From contig MCFH01000057.1 of the NCBI GenBank assembly GCA_002104945.1, positions 186,001-250,000 on the forward strand: DNA of 64,000 nt. The letters are read 5' to 3'. This DNA comes from Piromyces finnis finn (taxonomy: Eukaryota > Fungi > Neocallimastigomycota). Shown piece after piece: positions 53,761 to 64,000 of this stretch; position 1 is the first letter of the stretch; every line of letters begins with the position of its first letter. A program made the translations under genes and the position numbers. Below the pieces are notes generated by a model. It did not search any database, was not told the origin of the DNA, and saw nothing but the letters and a program-made list of their open reading frames with translations.

Positions 53761-55204
53761 TTTTTTTATTTTATAAAAGCTCTAATTATTATTAATTGAT
53801 GCTGTCTAATTGTTGTTTTAGTTACAATAACAGAAAATCCAATAGTAAAATATATTTTTCATATTTTAATTACTTTATAAAAATTAATTATAGATCTTTC
53901 AACTATACAAAGAATTTAAAATTTAAATATAGTAAAAAAATGAAAAAGGCCAATAATATATCAAAAAACAATAAGATTTAGAGTACATAAAATTGTATTA
54001 GATAATTCTAAATATTATAGTTATTTATTATTTTTAATTATTATTGTTTTTTATAATTATAATAAAACTTTTAGTTTTATTCATTTTTGATGGGTTTGTG
54101 TATCTGTATTTGTTAAATAGTACCAATAATACATTTCTTTCTAAAAATATTTCAACAATAATTTCAGAGTTTATTATCATCTATTATAGTGACGATAAAT
54201 GGTTTAAAAAGAAAAGAAACCTAAATAACAATATAATAATTAAACATAATACAAATTCCGGAAAAGTTATATTTAAAATTATAAATATAATTTTACCATT
54301 AAATAATACCAAAATAAATGAAACAAATTGAAATAAAATTATATAATATCATATACACAAACCATCATTATAAATAAAAGAAACTTTTTTAAAATATATA
54401 GTTTGTTTTTAATTATAAATTATTAATTAGATTATACTTATTTACTAAACTGTAAAATATAGATTAGGATTATGTAGATAAAAAAGGCATAAACCTTTTT
54501 TATAATAATACAATAGATGAAATAATAATGATGATAATATTTTTATTAAAAAGATCATTATATAATAGAAGATTAATTTCTTTTTTCTTTTTTTTTTTTT
54601 TTTTTTGTGAATACTAATTATATTATATCAATATTATTTTATATATTAATATATAGTTATAGATTTTAATAAAACTTTTAAAACCAAATAAAATGTAGTA
54701 GTGGAAAAAATGAATAAATAAGAATATATTGTAAATGTAAGAAGGAAATGATTAGCTTTATTATTTATAAATTTTAATGTTATTATTAGAATTTTAAAAC
54801 TTTATTATACAATAATGTTATATGTAAGATAATGTCATCGATTTTTTTTTTTTCATTACTACATGAATAAAAATATACCAAAAACTTTAAAAATATATAT
54901 GTAATTAAAAATAAATATGTAATTAATTGTTAAGGAGAAATAAAATTTGTGGTTTGATTTATAATAATAAATAAAATTATAATTTTATTTTAAAACTTTA
55001 AAATTTAAACTTAATATGTTTTAATAGTTTTTATATTACTTCAGTTAATAAACAACAATATTATTTATTGTTATAATATAATCATTATTAACATATTGTT
55101 ACAATTAATTGTTTTAAAAATATTATTTAAATCATCAGGTATATATTTATGTATATATATTTTGAAATATTAGCTCTAAGAAATATAAAAGAATATTATT
55201 AAGA

Positions 55205-58052
<2,848 letters not shown>

Positions 58053-58573
58053 TTGAGTATATCCATTTTCCTTTTTAATAATACTATATTAGTGATTTAT
58101 AAAATATATATTATTAGATATTATAAAAGGGGGGATTTTTATTCATTATATAAATATAAATTTTGTATTTTTTAAATAAGCAATATTGTAGAACTTTTAA
58201 GCATAATAAGTAGATATCTTTTAATAAGATTTATATTATTTAAAATTATACTGAAAAAAAAAAAAAGAAAGAAAATAGATTAATATAAGTTTATAACTTT
58301 ATATTTTAAATATAAATCCAATTTATTTTTCTTTAATATTTTATTATATTATTATTACAATTATTGTTTTTATATATATAATTTTTCTTAATTATTAGCC
58401 TATTAAAATATTATAATTTTATAAAATACTAATATTTTAACAAGAATAATTACCTTTTTAATGTCAATTTATTTGAAAAAAATATATATATATATATAAT
58501 AAATTAATCATTATATATTTATTAAAGAATATATATGAAATATAAAAATTAAATAAAATAAAACCTATAAAAT

Positions 58574-58608
<35 letters not shown>

Positions 58609-59188
58609 TTTAATTACTTCAACTAATTTATCTATTTATGAAATATTTAATTACTTCATAGAAAATGAAGTTGAGAACTTAGAGCTTCATTTTAAGTATG
58701 TATTTGCTTGTTATCCAATAATTAATAGGCCAACTTCTATTTTTCTTTTCTCTTAATTATGTTTTAAAATTAAACTAATATAAAATAGGGTAAAATACCC
58801 AGTAATATTTTAAAAACAATAAGGAAAAAGGCTAAAAATACTAAAAACATCAATATTTTATGGTGGTGATGAAAGTAACTAACAACCAACCTTTATTCTT
58901 TTTAATAAATGATATTTAATAACAAGCAAAATTTTTAGATCATTCTCCCTTTTTTTTTCATTTAAAGATTTTGGTAACACAAATAAAATAACAATAACCA
59001 ATTGTTATTGTACCACCAAACCTAGGGAAAATATAAAAAAAATATATAAAAAAAAAGCAATATAAAAAAGTTTTAAAAATTGTAATAAGACCAATTACAA
59101 ATGTTAAATAATAAAATATACCAATTTCAAATAAGTTTTAACATATTCTTACTCTAATATATAATAAAAATAAATATTGAAATTAAAT

Positions 59189-60517
59189 ATGAACTTAAGT
59201 CATACATACTATAGAAAAAAATTCTATGAATATATTCACAATAAGGAAGAATTCAAAAAGTATATTGAAACACTTGACATTGTAAATAATTTTTAATATT
59301 ATATTTTATAATTAATGTAATATATATAAAATATAATATCTTTTTTTTTTCCATACAAGTATATAGTTTAATAATTATTTTAACTATAATTCATTTTGTA
59401 TATATATATATATAAAATTGTAATTATTAATTTCTATAAATAACATATCTGAAATATATATCAAAAATTTAATTAGGACGAACTTTTAAATTTAAATTTT
59501 ATTATTGATTACCATATATATGATTTATATAAAGAATTAAAATGTAAAGTTAGAGAACAAGGAACAATAATTAAACCTTATCTATCTTTGGAACAAAGAC
59601 AATTTATCTTAGAACATAATTCAAATATAGATTTTAGTGATTTACATGATGGCGACATTATACATATACCCTTTTCATTATATGAACAAAAAATTACATT
59701 ATTAATACTCGGATTTAATGATAATGTTGTTATCGGAACTTCATTGGAATTATTGAATAAATTCTTGCCCGATAGATTAACTAATGATATATTAGAATTT
59801 TATAAAGATATAAAAAACAGGTATATATAATTAATTTTTAATAATTTAATTGACTTTTCCAAAATTTAAATAATAAAATTAAAAGATATAATATTAAATT
59901 GAAAAAATTTAATATTACAGAGGAAGTTTCATAACTGATGATTGTGATGTTTTAGTATTTAAAAACGCAAAAGGTATATATATATATAACAATTAAATAT
60001 TAATTCTTTTAAATTTAATGCTTTCATTATATTAAAATTAATAATAAATGTTATTTCATTTATTATAACAAAATATACTATTTAAATTTATTTTTAGTTA
60101 TGTCAAAACCACTTTCTTCATCATCATCCTTTTCTAGTACTTTTAATAATCAGGAATTATGTTATAATAAAAGTGTAAATATACACATAATCTATAGTTT
60201 TTGTTTAAAAAAAATTTATATATTATTTTTTTTAACATCAAAATAATATATAATTCTTTTTATATTATATAAAAATTAGTTCAATCAAAATATAAATGAA
60301 AAAATACCATTTTTATTTAATCCTATAAGTACTATCAAACATAATAGTGGACCTATTACAGAAATAGCTTTATTTACTGATTATAGTAATCATTCAAAAA
60401 AGACATATTTTGCGGCAGGTTGTTGTGTAAATCAACCAGATGTACAAAAGGATAATTTTTTAACATCAATTTTAGAAGATGGTAATAATAAGCATAATAA
60501 TAAGCATAACAACAATA

Positions 60518-60552
<35 letters not shown>

Positions 60553-62391
60553 AATAATAATTTTATTAAAATTCATTTAAAATTTTTTAATTTTTATTTT
60601 TGTATATTATGAATATTTAAAAGGTTATGTAAATGTTCTTTCAACCCACAATGAATCTACAAATGAAAATGGTATTTTTTATAGTATTTTATAATATATA
60701 TTCTATTACATTTTCAATATTAATATATAAATTATTTCACTTTTATTAGATGAAAACTACTCAACTATATCAGATATTAAAATATCAAACAACGGGAAAT
60801 ACATTTATACCTCAGGGTTTGATAAAAGAATTGAAGTTTGGGATCGAAAGAATTTTCGTCGAGAATATATTATAGGTAAATTATTTTTGGAATTAAATTT
60901 TTATTTAATATTATAATAACTTTATTTTAATAATAATAAATAAATAAATAAAAAAAAGGTCAACAACATAGAGCTAATATTAATAGATTAGCAGTCCATC
61001 CAGAATATTATGATAAGGAAATTGTTGCTTCTTGCTCTGATGACGGGTAAAATAAAATATAATTATTTTATTTAACTATCTTCTTTTTTTTTTTTTTCTT
61101 TAATTATTATATACTAAAAAAAAAATTAATATTATTTATATAGAGTTGTAATTTTATATAGTGAAAGATGTGATAGTGATAATGATAGTGAATTATCGTA
61201 TAGCAGTAGTAATAGTAATGATGTTTGGCATCAAAATAAAATTGGTTATCCATCTAGTTATTCTGCATGTGATATAACATTTGGTATAAAAAATTGTAAT
61301 AATTTATTATTTACAGGATTTGAATGTGAGCTTGGAGGCATTGTTTGTATCTTTTAAAAAAAAATTAATTGTTTTTAAATTTTAATAAACTAATCAACTA
61401 ATTATTACTATATTACTATATATACAATAGATAAAACTATATAATATTGATATATGCCAAGTGGTTTATAAACGAAAATTTCCAGGTCGTATATCTTGTA
61501 TTTCTTTATCACCTACTGGTAAATTTTATTAATTGTTAACCTTTTAACTTTAATAAAGATAAAAAATTAATTATTATTTAAAAAAAATTTTTTAAAAGGA
61601 AAGTTATTAACATGTGGAACATTTATTGGAAGTGAAGAAGATTATAGTAATAATGGTATATATTTGATTGATACAGAAAATCAGCAATATATAAAAAATA
61701 TAGATACCCCTCAAAATGATATAAATGTAATTTTATGGAGGTAACGACAACAATATAATAAAAAAATAAAATTATGTTAAAATACGAAAAGTTTAAAAAT
61801 GTTTAATCTTTAAATGTATTACTATATAAAAATTAAAGTCGTGATGGTCAAAAAATCGTAAGTTGCTCAACAGATGATTGTGCAATAATATATGATATAC
61901 GTTATTTGTCAACTCCATTAATTACATTAAAGCATGAAGGTGAATAAATATTAATAAAAAAAATTTTTTTAAACCTTAATATATATTCAATATAATAATA
62001 TTTATAATTATAATTATTTTTGTTTTATAGGATATTTAGAACCTGATAGTTGTGGTATTGTTTCTGCGAAGTGGATGAATAAAACAAATATTTTGATTAC
62101 TGGAGGAACAGATTCTACTCTTAGATTTTGGGATATAAGAAGAGGGGAACCAGAAGTTCATAATATTTTTTTAGATGATAGTTCAGTATCAAGCATATCA
62201 TTAACAGATGGTAAACAACAATGATGATATTATATAATATATTTTCTTTTTTCATTTATTATTAATTAAATTATATTATATATATATATATATTAAAATT
62301 TAAAGATGATGAATGGTTATGTGCTGGAACAAATAATGGATGTGTAAAATTACATTCAATAGATAGAGATTATATTTCTTTATGGAATTGA
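59189..62391 (+). CDS. WD40-repeat protein, about 14 exons, resembling the Raf1/Dos1/Clr8 (DIM-9/DCAF26) family
   Basis: Mostly missed by the ORF track. Spliced peptides: KPYLSLEQRQFI...GDIIHIPFS; YTSGFDKRIEVWD; HRANINRLAVHP...VASCSDDG; QNDINVILWSRDG...STDDCAIIYDIR...PLITLKHE; CGIVSAKW...ITGGTDSTLRFWDIRRG; LCAGTNNGCVKLHSI...WN*. WD40 call is firm; the family call rests on remembered motif order. Confidence 0.88.
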
Positions 62392-63601
62392 AATAATAAT
62401 AATGATGATGAATATAATAATTTTCAAAATACAAATATTGGAATATTAGAATAACACTTAAATTATTATAGAAAAATTATTTAAAAAGTTAAATTCATAA
62501 ATTTAATATAAATTTTAAGATTATTTTGTAATATGAAAGTATTTAAATTTTTATATTTTCATATTACAAAACAACCTTAAATTTAAAACAGGCTAAATAG
62601 TATATATATTAATTATAAATATAAATTATAATTAATGAATGGTATGTTTTTTACCTTAATTTTTTAATAAATAATATTTTTCAAAGTGGAGACTTTGGAT
62701 TTTAATAGAAATCGTAATTTGTAATTTTTTCAATTATGAATTAATAATTAATATTATTCATACCTTAACCAAAAAAGAAATAAATAAAATTAAATTAAAT
62801 AAAAAAAAAAAAACAATTTATATGTTTTTAGCTTTCTTTATCAGAATAGGAATAATTATTAATTATATTTATTCAAACTCTATTTAAAAAAAAAAAATTA
62901 ATTCATTATCACAAAATAATGAATAATAAATAATTTATTAATAACTTAGATATAATGTATATAATAATATATAAATGATCATGAAAAAAAAATTTATATT
63001 AATAGTTTACAATTTTTATAGATCAATTAAGATATAATTATAAACTTTTTTTTTTCTTTAATTCTATAAATATATTTATCAAATTTAATTATAATATTTT
63101 AGTTTTATTGAACGCCTTTATATTCAATATTGTTGTAAAAAGTTGAATTATTAATTTACTTTATTTTATTTTAATAGATTCATCTTTAAATAAAATATAA
63201 AAAGAATCAAAATTAATTCTTTTTTACCTATTCATTGTTTTGTTACTTTTTTTTTTTTTTTTCCAACATTCCTGTAATATTTATTATATTTATTTAAAAT
63301 AAATATATAGTATTTTTAATGATTTACTTAAAAGTATTTTATTCTATTTTTATTTTTTGTTTTTTGCTTTTCCATATGAAATAATTATTTACTAATTTCA
63401 ATATTTAAATATATAGCTAACTTTCAACATAAAGTTCCAGATAAAATATATATAATAAAAAAAAAAAAAAAAGACATCATTCTATAATGAAAAAGTGAAA
63501 ATAAAAATAATTATTTTTTTTCTTTGTTGGCAATAATAAACTTTGAATATAAAGATATTTTTCAATGATTAATTTATAAAATAAAGTTTTTAAAAAAAAC
63601 G

Positions 63602-63632
<31 letters not shown>

Positions 63633-64000
63633 ATTGTGGTATATGATAAAGTTAAATTTTAATTAATACTTTTTTTTAAGGAAGCTTTTTTTTTTTTGTT
63701 TCTATTTTTAATGTTTGTTATTTATTTAGAATTTACTTTTATTAATAATAGTTATAGTTTTATTATTATTTTTAATGTTTCATCATTAACTAAAAGGTTA
63801 AATAATAATTATATTTATATATTTTATACAACCTAAAATAAGTATTACAAATTTCTTTTTCAATAATTTTATTTTTATTTAAATTTTATTAACACTTAAT
63901 ATTTATAATTATAAAATTATAACTAATAAAAAGATTAATATAAAATTTAACTATTTTTAATTCTTTTAATTCAAATTTTGTTAGTTATAATTTCTAAAAT

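Noticed and set aside
58640-59050. Fragment ELHFKYVFACYPIINRPT, faintly like a fungal transcription-factor middle region
   Set aside because: Isolated, followed by stops in all frames, no linked exons.

Overview
Extremely AT-rich, intron-containing eukaryotic DNA with homopolymer runs and microsatellites. Gene content (scaffoldin-type repeat protein, CBM18 proteins, GH5_4, pectin-lyase-fold 7TM receptor) points to an anaerobic gut fungus (Neocallimastigomycota); this is inferred from gene families, not from a search. About 15 protein-coding loci were reconstructed by hand using GT-AG introns: Rab8/Sec4 GTPase; beta-helix/EGF/7TM receptor; 4xCBM18 chitin deacetylase; membrane alpha/beta-hydrolase-fold protein; scaffoldin-family protein; secreted esterase; multi-pass membrane lipase-3; two hevein/CBM18 proteins next to a GH18 chitinase; casein kinase II beta; GH5_4; a GH24 (T4-lysozyme-like) fusion; an ankyrin protein; a WD40 protein resembling Raf1/Dos1. 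Main second-look signals: three enzyme-fold proteins with substituted catalytic residues, two of them (GH5_4 and the phage-type lysozyme fusion) adjacent, convergent and predicted GPI-anchored; a tandem chitin-binding/chitinase cluster; and a strongly base-paired GC-elevated intergenic island that may be an unannotated ncRNA. No tRNA, rRNA, CRISPR array or intact transposon was recognised. Exon boundaries are manual and untested.
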